A stretch of DNA of 64,000 bases from Hypanus sabinus (GCF_030144855.1 NC_082721.1:23684001-23748000), one strand, 5' to 3'; shown: positions 37,792 to 51,590, counted from the first letter of the stretch. Program-made: numbers and translations. Notes: a model not told the origin generated them from the sequence alone.

Positions 37792-39646
37792 AGAACCTTC
37801 CATTAGTTCCTTCTTCATATTCATTGTTGTCTTTTTATGAAATGCACATTTGCAGCTATTCCCTGTGGGAATTAGATCTGGTACACACCAGAATATATTT
37901 GGCAAAATATTGGTGGGGACAGCAGGGAGAAATTGGGAGAATTTCAGCTCTGAAAAACATGACTGATATCTACCAAAATTTAAGATGATTATTTGCTGTA
38001 GTGGATGAGGAAGGATCCATTATACTGGGGAGAAAAGAACTGTAGTAGTGTATCTTCTTGTGGCCGATGGCAGGGGTTTCGCTGATTAATGGTTTCTCTT
38101 TGCAAATGGACTGCTTTCCTAGAATTGGAAACTGCTGTTTCAACGTTAAGCTGTGCAAGAGCCCAGCCTAGTTTTGGTGATTAAGTGGGCTGGGCTGCAC
38201 ATGATATTTTTCTTATTAGAGCAGGTTGTTTTGGCTTTTGGTTTGCATTAGTGTTAATGTTTAACATTGAAATATGCCATAACTTGTTTATTGGGGAAGT
38301 AGTATGGGGACCATGTATTTCCCCCTTGTCAATTCTACCTTTTTTATTTTAAAAGTGATGACGCCTTGTCTTGGGTATGGGTTCACCTTGAAGCTTCAGC
38401 TGATAAGTTAGTCCTTTTGGACTGTATTATTGAAGGTGATGGTGGGAGGGACAATATAACTGGGGATTACCTAGATCATGTCTGACAGACGAGCTTCAGA
38501 CTTGCTCTTTGAACTAGTGAAATCAATTGTAGCATCGCAGTTTCAATCCAGATTGAGTTGGAGCTCTCTGTTTATATAAGCATGTTTTTAGATACAGAGC
38601 TACCTTTGACACTTGAATATGATTTGTTGTGCGTTTGAGGGCAATCAGTTTGGGATATTGAAGTGATCGAATGTTTTGATTTAAAGCATCCTTTGATGTC
38701 TCTGGAGAACACTGAAAGACTTGAGACTAGGTATAAATTGAATGGACCAAAATTTTATTTCAAAATAGCAGTGAGCAGTGTTGTCAAAGACTTTCAGGAG
38801 GTACCAAGAATGTTCCAAGATCTTGCATTAACAGTTGGGGTATCTGGAAAGCTGCAATAAGCCATCTCCATTTCTTGCTAATCTTGGTGGTGTTGATCAC
38901 ACAAGATGAAATGCAAGATTATTTGCGTCACTTAATATCATAAGTGATTCTTCAATTTGATTGCGATATTGTGCTCCAGGTGTAGATAGTCACTGGCTTG
39001 CAGTTAATCTATTGTATCTCTTGACATGTCTTTTATTAAGTCTTGCTGACAGTACACATCCCCATTTTATCTAGGCAACAAAGCTTACAGTGTCAATCTG
39101 ACTGTGGAAAACAGTGGTACACTGATACCTGGCTTTGTGCTCCCCCGTAGGGTTTCGATTCATTGTAATGCCATTGTTCTTGAAATTTGAATGTACATGT
39201 ATTTAAAGATATATATACCCCAAGGCAATTTTTTTTAAGAAAAGACATTTGCTTTGGTGTGGCAGGGACCTGATGTAAGCATCATGTTCTCCGTTGGCAC
39301 TCCTCACCATTTCCTCGCCCACCCCCAGACCTCTGCATTGAATTGTCCCACGATTGCTTGTAGAGATGCAACATGTGAGTGCGTGTTTAGAACAGTCCGG
39401 GGTGAATGACGAAGCCACAGACCTGAGATTTGGGCCTTAGGACTGCACTTTGGCTGGTGTGAGTGCAGGACAACAACCTTGAGCTTGTTACCATCAAGAA
39501 GTCTCTGGACTGGAGAGAGCTATGTGGCCAAACGAAGAAAGGGGGGAGAGCAGCTTCTATTACACCCAACAAGAGATGGTCAGAAATTGAGGGATTCTAT
39601 TAGTACATGGAGCAGGAGCTGCTACTCCTTAAGAATAGCCTACACT

Positions 39647-40416
39647 AAAATCAAATCAAGTTTAATTATCATTCAAACCATACATGGATACAGTCAAATG
39701 AGACACCGTTCCTCTGGGGCCAAGGTACGTTCAACATACATTCAAAATAGCGAGAGAAAAAGGAACATTATTATGCTAGAAAATGCATGTGTAGTCCAAA
39801 TCCCTGAGCAACATTCAAGTGGCTGCTACAACACCCAGCAATCCAGCTTGTCGTTCCACCAGTCGGACACTGGACAGGAGAGGCCAGCTCCCAACTGGGC
39901 ACGGGCTCCACTCTATACTGCCCCCTGCGTCATTTCATCTGGACTAAGCAGCAGGCAAACCTGCTTGAGGCCTAGTCCTCACTACAGCCGAGGCTCCGCT
40001 GCTGCCTCGTTGCCAGTCTTGTCACCAAACAAGAGAAACTGGCCTATGGCATCTCACATTATCAATGTCCAACGGTTATGCGATCACAAGAGAAATGCCC
40101 AGGACAGTTATTCACGGTAACATTGCACACTGCCTTCACGCCACCAACTCTGATATCTTCAAGTTGCAGCTGGCAGCATGATCTGTACCCAGGTCAGCTC
40201 CTCTGAACCCTCGCTGGCATGCTGCCGGCTTCTCCTCCTCCCAGCTGTCCCTTGACACCACGGCTGGCTGCTCCAAACAACGAACAGATCACTGATGTGG
40301 TAGATCTGCTGAACCTGCTGTTCTTGGAATCCAGTGTAGGCACGATCATAAGAATAAAATCTTAAAAAGAAAAATGCACCTTTGGTTGCCACTGCCTTTC
40401 AATGCACCGCCATCTT
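39647..40416 (-). mobile_element. Probable non-autonomous LINE derivative
   Basis: Minus strand begins AAGATGGCG (40408-40416), a common LINE 5' head, and ends ATTAAACTTGATTTGATTT. GC- and CpG-richer than the flanks, with no RT motifs seen. Confidence 0.5.
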
Positions 40417-40674
40417 ATCAGAAGTATGCAGCTGCCAGGATTTGGCCCTGAGCCCCACAATCAAAGCTGAAAACCACACTTATTACCCTCGCTTTCCTAA
40501 CCCCAGCCATCACAGTCACATTGTGGGATGGTTGACTGCTGGATTCATGCAGGTTCCTGGTACAATAGCATGTAAGAACAGGGGATACTGCCAGGTTCCC
40601 AGAACAGTCCTAATAGGGCAGGGTTTAAGCCAGAATCTATACTGATCCCTCTGTAATGATGGGAGAAGCATTAG

Positions 40675-40970
40675 GCCAATTAGCCCACCGAATCTGCTCT
40701 GTAATTCAGTCATGGTGGATGGTTTTTCAACCTAACTCTCCTGCCTTCTCCCTGTAACTCTTAAACCCCTTTACCTATCAATCTCTGTCTTAAGTACACC
40801 CAAAGACTTGGTCTCTCCAGCCCACGCTGGCAATGAATTCCACAGATTTGCCACCGTCTGGATGGAGAAATTCCTCCTCATTCAGTTTTAAAAAGACTCC
40901 ACTTTATTCTGAGGCTCTTCCCTCGGATCTGAGACTCCTCAACTAATGGAAACATATTCTGCACTTCTAT
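40675..40970 (-). mobile_element. CR1-type LINE 3' fragment
   Basis: ggcaatgaattccacagatt..ccacc.tctgg..g.agaaattcctcctcat is the reverse of the RxxFFxxRVVNLWNSLP C-terminal motif. Similar pieces at ~9780-10070, 26210-26400 and 58650-58920. Confidence 0.7.
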
Positions 40971-42589
40971 TTGAGATTTTGCTCTTGGGAACTATCATGT
41001 GCACTAATCGAGGTATGATTGCACTATGTGACATATCTCAGGAGGCTACAAATAGATAGCTGCTAATGAGTTCGGCAGTGATTTGAGCACAAATGTCGTG
41101 ATTGAGGGATTGCTGCAGCCTGGAGCAGACTATCATGAGTAGTAATTGAAATGATTAGCATGGATGCTTTTATGGGAAAGTTACATAAACAGATGAAGGA
41201 ATAATTACTATGTAATATAATGCTATGTAATAAGTAGGTGATCAAAATTGCCGTCCACAACAATGTAGTGTTAAAGAAATTATTATTAAAATAATATTTT
41301 GCATTTAATTAGAATCTTGCTTGCTACGTTTGCCTACATAACAATGGTGATTATTCTTTTAAGATAATTAATTGTATATGAATTAGTTCGGAATGTCCTG
41401 CGAATATAATGGACACTATATAAATTCAAGATACTTTTAAATATTGGGGAAAAAAAACTATAGATCACTTGCTTTAAATACTCTACTACAAATGCATCAA
41501 TATCAATATAATTATTATTATGTGACAACAAAATTGTCTAAACTTAAACAATTGCCTGCAGTGGTTTGTTACTTTAGCATACAATTTGATTGCCATTTTC
41601 ATTAGTGCTAATTGTATATTGTAGCTGGAAGTAATGGTCCTGTGCATAATTTATAGTGTTGCTTCAGGAGCAGTCAGATTTCAGGAATGCTGAGGTTGGA
41701 ATTGGGTTGGTGCCTCATGACGAGGTTCTCAGAAATAGTAGTGTGAATTGTGCATTATACTCATAACCGTATAGCATTGTCTGGCCTTCATGCTTTCTTT
41801 GACATATATAATGGATGGCTTCTATTTCTGAAGTATGCAGTTGATGATACATTGGAAGGGAGTTTGTGAGGGACAGTGCAGTTTGCTGGGTTATGGAGTG
41901 AACTTGTTTGCTGTTTAGATTGTTTACTCTTTTTGGTGAGACATAGTTATTTGCCTTTTTAGTTTTTGACTTTGCTTTGCATGGAATATGTCTAGGACAA
42001 AGTGTTCTAATTTGTCTGCAGTTTTTGGATTTCAATTTCCATAGCTACCTGATATGATCAGGAATCTTAATATAACTATTTGTAAAGGTGCAGAATCCAC
42101 AAATAACGAATGATGGTGACTCAAAAGTCATACCAAAAATAAACCACTGCATACGATTGTCATTAGCTTTTATTTCCACTCCCAACCTTTATTCTTTAAT
42201 ACAGATAATAGAAGAAAGTATCCATAAATCTCCTAGACTTTCAATTGGCCGCTGATTGCTAATAATTGGTGATCAGCTAGGCTCACAGACCTAGAAGCTG
42301 AATTAAAACCAGCTATCCTTGCCTTTGTACCCTCTAACAATTTCTACTCCATCTTCACTCAGCCTTCCATTGCCATACTTGCTTCGATGGCAGAGCTGAA
42401 AAATAAGAGCTATTCCTGCATATTGCAACAGAACTGCATTGTCTGGAAGTTGTTCTGGAATTATATGTTTCAGAACACTCTGGAACATATACTTCCTGAA
42501 ATATATTTTGTCAACAGCTACAGTAAATTAGTAGATAAGTGTCACCAGGTCTAACCTGTCACTGCCACTGTTTGGTCTTGGGGGTACCT

Positions 42590-42920
42590 TGGAGAAATGC
42601 TTGAAATTATAAGAGGATTAGAAAAAGTAGACAATAGCAGTCTTTTCTCCAGGTGACCCCAAAACTCCGTGGCTTAGATTTATGGTGGGGGGGGGGAGGG
42701 TTTAAAAGGGATCTGAGGAGAAACTCTTTGAGAGGGTTGTAAGTATATGGAATGAGCTGTTAGAAGTTGAGGCAATTACAATAGCATAATTTAAGAAACA
42801 CTTGAATAGGTACATGGAGGAGTGAGGCTTAGCGAGAGATTGGGCTAAATGCAGGAAGTTGGGATTTGTCTGATGGGCACAGAGGTTGTGATGGACTCAT
42901 TGCTGCTGTACTGCTCTATC
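42590..42920 (+). mobile_element. CR1-type LINE 3' fragment
   Basis: RVVSIWNEL..VEA....FKKHLNRYM relic followed by a 3' UTR. Confidence 0.7.
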
Positions 42921-44599
42921 ACCCCATAACTCTTAAGTCAAGACCCCAACCCAGTATGAACTGAGCTTTATGGTTTGTCAGACTGCAGTGATCCCTCTTG
43001 AATAGATAAGCAGACCAAAATAGTGTGCTTTCTTCCATTCCAGCATTCCCAGCATCAAGGCTGCCAGGTATACAGATGAAATGATTTAAGGATATTGTCA
43101 AAGACCATAAGATATAGGAGTGGAATTATGTTTGCTGTTGGGCAGTCCCCAGGATGATAAGTAGCCTCTTTCCAATTTGTCGATTACAAAATGTTTCTGC
43201 ATTCTCTTTCACATTGCCTATATGTTAATTTCTCTTATTTTATCAGCCAAAGTTCTCATTTGAAAGTCAGCAATGTGATTCCTGGGTTTGCTTATAAGTT
43301 TTAGAGTGTAGTGCCCTGAGCTCATTGATATTTTGCGGGATTCCATTGCACAGTCTTAGATCCACTGCTCCTGATTGAGAAGCAGTTGTCTTACTAGAGT
43401 TGTCTCTTGAGTCAACATTCTAAGGTTATCCAATAATATAGATGAACACATCGACATGTGCCAAGGCTGTAATCTCTTGATTGTCAATATAATTGTAATT
43501 TAAAGTTATTTGAGAAACATCGTTAGTTTTCAGTTTTGACCTGTCAAATAAATAGTCTACAGTTTATGGAACCGCCAGTAATAACACAAAACAACCAGCC
43601 TGTGTCTCAGTCACGAGTGATTTGATGAGGATTTTTCAGTTCATTTGTGACGTTAGACATTTGGACAGCAATGTATGTCAAATCATGGAACTTGATGTTT
43701 ACTATGATGACAGTTCCATACAAGTATTTATTAAAATATGAAGTTTTGTCCTTTACTTGTTAACTGTAGAAATTGTTCACACGTCATTGCAGATGGGTGA
43801 TTTTTAAATTGGTATTTGTGAGGTACCACTCCTTGAGTACAGATAAAGCTTCACACTTTGAAAAGTTAACTTTCCAGTTGTGTGTCTCATATTTTTGATT
43901 TACAGCCTCTATAGTTCAGTGTTGAAGTCATTCTGCTCATTCCACCACACTTTTCATAACACTGGGTATCTATGGCGGTGTGTACTCTGAAGTAAAACAT
44001 TGCATATGCATTAATATCCACTTTTCATTGTGGGTCTGTTGTCTTGATTTGTAATCATTTCTTCAGCGATCATATGATTAGAAAAGATCTAGAAATTCAG
44101 CAAGATACTAGTTTTCTAAACGTATATTAACAAAAATAGTTACAGAATTTGCATATGTTTTTTGTGGTTAAGTCTCTGTGAACTATCTGGTTATGTTGAC
44201 AGTACAAATTGCTTTTTATCTTATTTTTCTTGATTCCTTTTTGCCTAGTGCAAGTAATTTTCAGCATATAAAACTAGCTGGAGAGATAGTATAGGAGGGA
44301 GGGTATTAGAATCCTGAGGAATTGGGGCCATTTCTGATGGAGATGAGTTCCACCTCTAAAGTACTGGTGCCTTGCAGGCAAGGTTGATGGTAATATTAAC
44401 TATTTGGCAGGAGTGGGTGGGAGCATGACAGTTGAAGCAGAAACTACACTGGAAGCAGAATGTTGAAGTTCAGATGAAAGGGGTCTTCATGACATAAAAG
44501 GCAATGGTGTAGGGCAATGATAATTAGAGTTGGACAAGGAGGTACAAAGCATATCAGTTTGGTATCAATGAAAGAGGAAATGATAATGACATTTCATTT

Positions 44600-47500
44600 A
44601 CAATGTATGTGAATGCCTGGAATATGGTAAGTAATATCTATGACTTGCAGATGTGAATTAGGAATGTAATTTCTGTGACTTTCAGATATGAGATGGTGAC
44701 AATTACAGAAATTTATCTTTAAAAATGGCATAAATATTCCTAGTTGTGTTTGGAAATGATAGGAAAGAAAGGAGAGCAGAATTGATTAAAGAGAATATAA
44801 CAACATTGAAGAGTGAATTTGGCAGATTGGAATTCAAAGAGAGAATCTGGTAGGTTGAAGCTAAGAAACAATGTTATATGTATTTTATAGGTCACCAATA
44901 AGTATTAAAGATGTAGACCAGCAAATATGCAAAGAGATTATAGAAAAGTGCAAAATGTGGACGATTATGTTATGTTATCGCAGTGAAAATTGAGATAGTG
45001 GCGGTGTTAAGGGTAGAGAGGATGCAAAGTTTATCTTGCGTTTTTTTTTAGAGCTGTGTGCTTCTGGCCCAACAAAAAAAGGTGGGTATTTCTAGATCCG
45101 GTTATAAGGAATGAAGTGTGGCAAGTGCACCAAACTTCAGTGGAACATTTAGGAGATAGTGATCATAATAGCATAATAAGATTAAGGTTAGTTTCCAAAA
45201 AGAAGAAAATAATTACTTGGAAGGTGGCTACTATCGATGCAGAAAGAGCATTTTTGGCCCTGATAACTTGGAATTGAAAATATACAAAGCTGTTGCAAAA
45301 CAATAGTCTGTTTTTAAGAAAGAAATGGTTCCAGTACAATTGAAGCACATTCCAGTAAGGATCAAAAGATGGATGACAAAAGAAATGAGAGTAAAAGATT
45401 AACACAAAACACCCGATTGAGGCATATAATAGGGTTGTGGCTATGAGCAACAACTAGATTGATTGAAAAGAATTGCAGGGGAAGCAAAAAGTAAAATTCA
45501 AGAGGCAAGGAGAGCTAATGAGAAGATTAGCTGTTAACTTGTATGGGAACCCAGAATTATTTTTTAAGCATATGAATAACAAGAGGGGAATAACGAAGAA
45601 CTGAGATTCTTAAGGACAAAAATTGAATTTTCATTTGGATACTGGATCATAATTAAAGTACTAAATAGATACAGGTTTCCCCCAGATTCGAAGGTAGAGA
45701 GTTCCTATGAAATGGTTTGTAAGCCGGATTGTTGTAAAGTGAAGAAGCAATTGCCATCTATTTATATGGGAAAAATTTGTGAGCGTTCGCAGACCCAAAA
45801 AATGACCTACCAAATCATGCCAAATAACACATAAAACCTAAAATAATAGTAATATATAGTAAAAGCAGGAATGATCTGATAAATACGCAACCTATATAAA
45901 GTAGGAATACTTCTCTGCAATTATTGCAGCACTGTCCACCATAGTGAAAATCTCACACAAGCACTCTCGGCTGAAAGACTCAATGCAAATGCTCTCGGCA
46001 GCACTCGTGGCAAAAACACTCAGTGTAAGCGCTCTTGGCAGAAACACACAACGCAGACGCTCTTGCCAGAAGCACTCTTTCCAGTAACCTTTAAGCTATG
46101 AAACTGCCAAATCGTACCAAATAACGCATAAAAATACACAGCCTATATAAAATAGAAATAATGTACGTCCATTGTAGTTTCACTTACCGGAATCGGGAAG
46201 ACAGTGAACACACTGATGATAGTGTGTTAGGCTGAGTCATCGGAGGTTGGAGTGGTGGGAGGTAGAGCAGACTGGGGTGTCATCTCATCGTCGTCTGTTT
46301 CCATCAAGGCAGGCAGGTCACCTTCTTCTATGTCTGCCTGCCTTGATGTCGAAGGTCAAGTTTCGTCGTCTGCTGTGGCTGATGTGGAAGGCTTGAAAAA
46401 TGACAGTATGCTTGACTGCTTAGCCTTGCGCATTTTTCTATCACACAGTTCTTTTTAAGCACTTAAACCATCCTGCGAATATACCCTAAACCTACGTACC
46501 CTTTCAAAATTAAAGTCATACTTTTCTGCAATCGTTGCAGTGCTGTCAATTGCAGCAAAAATCTCATGCAATTACTTCACGTTCAGTTCCTGGACAACTT
46601 CACTTTAGGGCTGTTCACTACTGCATTCGGCTTCAATTGTTATCCTTTCCTCTTCATCAGCTCTTCATTTGTCAGTTCCTTGTCATGGGATGCCAAAACC
46701 TCTTCAACGTCATCTTCGTCAACTTCCACAAACCCTTAGCCAAACTCTCTATATCCTTACTTCATTCACCATGATCGAAACTCTTTATTATGTCTAGTTT
46801 TACGCTAAGTGTAATGCCCTTACGCGCTCTTTTAGGCTTTTCCGATACCTTAGAACTCATCTTGCTAACAGATGCCCAAAATACGTCGACATAAAAGTAC
46901 AGATGCTCAGATGCTCACAGTCACGTGTTTAAGCAATGCCGGCTAGAATGCAGTTTCGGGGGAGGAGCTTGGCTGCCTATTTTCTTAAAAGTGAAAACAC
47001 TTTCTGTTAGCAAAAACGAGTAACTAGTAATGTAGGTCTTTCATAACAGCAAGGTGTCGTAAAACGAACGTTCAAAAAACGGGGGACACCTGTAGTTTGC
47101 AATCATTTTCAGTAGGAAATGGGTGCTTTCAAAATAATAGTAAAAAAGGTGGTTGAAACATTGAACATATTATAAATTGATAGCATGGAACTACCAGAAA
47201 ATTAGGTGAGCTTAATGTAGTGAAGTCATTAGGATGGGATGAGATGCATCATCCTGATGAGGGATGTTCCAATGCTGTCTGGTTACAGGGTGGAGAGCAG
47301 CAAAGTTACTCACTTGTTCAAAAAACTAAAACCTCTGCAACCACTGGACAGTCAATTTAACTTTCTGAATGGGAAAGTTTTTACAAATATTGATTCTGGA
47401 CATAATTGATTATTACCTGGAAGAAGATAAATTCAATAAGGCATGCTAACACTGACTTGTGTTGGCATACCTTAATGAGGTTGTCATGCCTTACTCATGT

Positions 47501-48060
47501 TTAAGCATTTTTTTTTGAAAATGAGAGAATGAATAGAGTTGATCAGGGTAATGCATGCAGTCAGCATGGTTTCATGGATTTCCAAATTATTTTTGATAAA
47601 GTGGCATATAGCTTATTACAAAGTTAAAGTGGGTAACATGGATTCAACATTGCCTAAGTAACAAACAGTGGAAGATCATGGTTTGTACTTGTTTATTTGG
47701 CTGGAGCAAAGTGAATAGTGTCAGTCCTATGGATTAGTGGTCTAGTGCTTGATATTCTTCAGCCAGCATTAATGATTTGAACTTGGGGTGCAATCCACTA
47801 TTTTTAAATTTGTAGATGACACAGAACTTGTCAATGTTTTGAAGAGTGAAGAGGATAGTGATGAACTGAAGGATATAGACAAGCTGGTGGAATGGGCAAT
47901 GAAGCTTAGTTGTTGAGGACAAGCAGTCACTGATATAAAATAAGAAAAGAATTAATTGCCATGAGGACAATTTTTATACAGCTTGTAGATGGAATCTAGA
48001 ATATATTGCACGCATGTGGTTGAGGCAGGATTCCTGTTTTCAGCAAGAAGGATAAAAAGG
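44600..48060 (+). mobile_element. Long degenerate CR1 LINE ORF2 (AP endonuclease and RT), interrupted by a Tigger element
   Basis: YVNA start (~44606), LD.VIRNE..QV..EHLGDSDHNSI (ORF 45056-45277), KS.GWDEMH (~47223), MDFQ..FDKV (~47575) and KFVDDTEL (~47806; FADD motif). Many stops and frameshifts. Confidence 0.85.
45672..47092 (-). mobile_element. Tigger-type pogo transposon, internally deleted
   Basis: TIR CAGGTTTCCCCC / GGGGGACACCTG with TA at 45670-45671 and 47093-47094. Minus strand MSSKVSEKPKRARKGITLSVKLDIIK (ATG at 46860) joins to GFVEVDEDDVEEVLASHDKELTNEEL and KELCDRKMRKAKQSSILSFFKP. The host CR1 rejoins as an LN.xFA motif. Confidence 0.9.
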
Positions 48061-51000
48061 GCGCTTAACTAAGCCTAATTTTAAATTCCAGTGCTACATC
48101 AAGTCTTGTTTTAAGAACCGCGTTGCCACTGCGTGTCATAGTGGATATGTGGAATATTTGTAGTGTGCCTTGAACGATAGAATGACCCAGGCATTTAGTT
48201 TTGTATGTACCACATTTAGAATTTGCCCTTTTAATGAGTCATGTGGAAAGATAATGTTTTGAATATTTTTAATCGCCTTGTAATTGTTACTACTGACTTT
48301 TTTTTAAATAACAGATTAAGTTACGATGGTCCTTTTAATTAACTTCTAGCTCCTTGGATTTTGAGTAGATACAGGTGACTGTTTAAAGAGAAAAAACATC
48401 TTTGCTCTTGGTGCATTTGGATTTGTTTTTCTAGCGTTGATACTATGAATCACTGTTTTCTCCCTCACCAGGGTGAGGAACTATGGGGTTCAGCTTTAGT
48501 ACGATGAACTCTGAGGATCACTCTGGAGCATGTCACAAAACATGAGAAGTATGTTGGCTTAAATAGGGTTGTGCTTGTATTTTATAACCTAGCGACCACA
48601 GTACAATCTTTCTAATTGTAGGAAAGAATAGGGATTGAAGTGTTCTGAATGATACTGGGCTTACTGTTGTTGCGGTCACAAAGGAAGCTTTTATATTTTG
48701 TTTTGCTGAAAGTAAGCTGCCAATTTGAGTGTTTAAAGGAAAGCACCATAACTGCATTTGTTTAATTTTAGTTTTTCCAATGTAAACTAGCAACCAGTGT
48801 TGTTCCCAGCCTGAAGTAGTGCAGTGATTTGTGGCAAAGAGCCCATCTCAGATGGTCACCTTTTTTTTCAGCTTTCTTTTGTGCGGTAGGAAATGTCATG
48901 ATCTCCCAAATGTTTTCCCACATGGGGGTCATGCAAGAGCTGCAAGTTAGTATATGCTGTGGATCATGTGCTGTTTTTATATTAGGAAACGTGATCTAAT
49001 GTTGTAACAAGTGTTTTTCAAAACACAGCTCTGCACTGTTGCTAGGTACGCTAGGCTTAGTCTTTTGTTATAGGAAATTAGGTATCAAAGTGCTATTTCA
49101 TATGGAGTTGAGCAAGAATGTGTGTAGCCTGGTTGAGATTATATGATGAAAGCCAAAGGTCATTTTGTTGTTGGTAGTTCTCAGTTTGAAAAAGAACGTG
49201 CGAAGTCCGTTATAATGATGTTGAGCCATTTCTGAAAGATTTTAGCATTCCATTTCATTGCTTTGCTTTCCTGCTTAATTTACCTTTTACCTGAGTATTT
49301 TTCAAGTGGGTGTTGAAATAATATATGAATTCTGTCATCTGTTGGCAGCTTTACTCTATTTTGTAGGACCTAATGCTATTTTGTTGGTATTGTGGTTATC
49401 AATAATCCTTAGAAAACAACAGCGACCCCACTACTTCTTGGCATGGGGTTGGGCAGTTGCGTTGTTCCCTAATATTTTTTGTGCCAGGAGGGTATCACAG
49501 GATGATGTTATTCTGTGAACACCTGCTTCTGAAGATGCCCATTACTGGTTATTCTTACAGATACGTCATCAGATGAAGACAGACAGTATAATGAAGTGAA
49601 TTCATCCTTGGATTGCCTTTACCTCATTTAACCCAGTCAACAGGGTGATTTTGAGATTAAAACTGGTTCCAGTACTATTTTGTTACCTCCATCTGCTGAT
49701 CAGTGATCTCCAATTTTATCTCTCTATGTCTCAAATACAAACTCTCTGCTTCTGCCCCATGCTCACTGGCCCAATTTATTGAGGTGGAGTCTGAGATTTG
49801 GACCATGGCAGTTCACAGAGGTGATTCACAAAGATAAATCATGAACAGATTGTGATTGTTAGTATTCGGGTTGACCATTACTTGCCAGTAATAGAATTGT
49901 TTAAAGAACATCTTTTATCAGATTATTTGGTTAGTATTTGGCCAAAGGGCTGCTGCTTGGCTCCCCACTGTTCTCCTTTACAACGCTAATGTATCTTAAA
50001 TCCTGTCTCAAATATAACTGTCCCTCATGATAGAGGATAATTTTACTGTTCCACTCTGTGTGTTCTGAGCTGATTCTAATTACTTCCACAGATGGAGCAG
50101 GTCATGCCTGATGGAGGTTAGGTAGATAGTTTGTAAAGTGGTGCACACCTATTATTTATGCAAGGTTTCCATATATTCTCAAGGAATAGACAGAGATCCT
50201 CAATACTTTCTTGAATACTAATTATACTTCAAGAGGCCATGGACTGAATCCTGAGTCACCTTGTTAATCCTGAATAGGTGGGAATGTTGGATATTTACGA
50301 GGAGGCTTTAAGTACATCCTTGGAATATTTTGTTCTCTGCATATATGCTCAAATATTATTTTTATAGTATAAATAACATAAATCTTCAGCAACCAACTTT
50401 CCTTTAGCTTCATCTGTTTTTTTTTGGGTTAGTGACAACCTCGATGTGTTATTGTGACAACTTGGAAGAGTTTTTTTTCTGTGAAATTAGAACCACTTTT
50501 GCTACTGTGGTCCAGATAATTTTCCTTGTGTGAACTTTGATATTGGATTGGATTCAATAAAGCCTTCATGCTATTCAGTGAGTTTCCCTTTCCTTCAGTT
50601 AACGTGTCTCCTGTAGACATGAGCTACCCTCCAATAAAGGTTGGCAGATTTTCAAAATTCTCGCTGTAGGAAGGAAGAGAAGAGAAAGGAAATCACAGTT
50701 ATAGTCAATCCTCCCTTTAAAGAACATCCATGCACGCACTTCCCATTGGGCCACAGGGTAGGAAATGGGTGCTGTGGCTGTTTGAAGCCTTTCTCATGTC
50801 CACCATTTCAGTCCAGAGTATCATAAGTATTGCAGTCATTAAGTTGCTGCATAGACCAGGTACTTGAATGTGGTGCACTACAAACTAAATCTCTGTATCC
50901 ATAGATTCTAAAAGCCAGTTTTCTTCTTGCTTAAAATAGATTGGATGTAAACATGAAAAGAAGTTCATGGCAGTGGTACTAATTGGATAGTTCTTTCTTC

Positions 51001-51334
51001 GGCTGATACCCAAAAGAGGGTCTGAATAGCCATCTCCTCTGTTATGAGTGATTCTAGGGTTTGATAATTTGAATTAGAGAAGAAGGTGATCATTGTTCAG
51101 TAGTGATGAGGGATATTTAATGTAAAATGGTTAGTAGAGAATAGTTTGGAGAAGTTCCTTCAAGATTGTTTGTGCTTTTGTTGACACGGAGTGGTGACAT
51201 AGAGGTCATTACATTTTGTGTGGGCAAATGTTTGAAAAGAAGTGAATTGAAATGGTAAGTGAGGACCATTGCTGGATCGCTCAGGATGGCTGAATTGCTA
51301 GCATTTCAGTGAAGGTTTGTGAAATATATGATAA

Positions 51335-51590
51335 GATTTGTCACATGTACATTGAAACATACAGTGAAATGTTTAATTTGCATCAATGACCAGCACAGAT
51401 TGAGAATGTGCTGGGGGTAGCCATAGCTGTCACCATACTTTTCACCACCAACAGCATGCCCAAAGCTTACTAACCCTAACCTCTATATCTTTTTTGGAAC
51501 ATGGAACAAAGCTAGAGCTCCTGGAGGAAACCCATGCAGTCAAGAGGAGAACAGTCAAACTCCCTACAGGCAGCGAAGGGATTTAAACCT
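51335..51590 (-). mobile_element. V-SINE/HE1-like SINE
   Basis: Shares its tail with the 34525 copy (tttgtcac.tgtaca...aaacat.cagtgaaatg) and the core agctcctggaggaaacccatgcagtca. Confidence 0.7.

Noticed and set aside
39479-40120. 213-aa + strand ORF
   Set aside because: No recognisable domain. It begins at a non-ATG codon and runs antisense across the boundary of a probable repeat, so it is likely a chance ORF.
49549-49630. Acceptor-like TTATTCTTACAG followed by DTSSDEDRQYNE...
   Set aside because: No good donor before an in-frame stop and no recognisable protein, so it cannot be supported as an exon.
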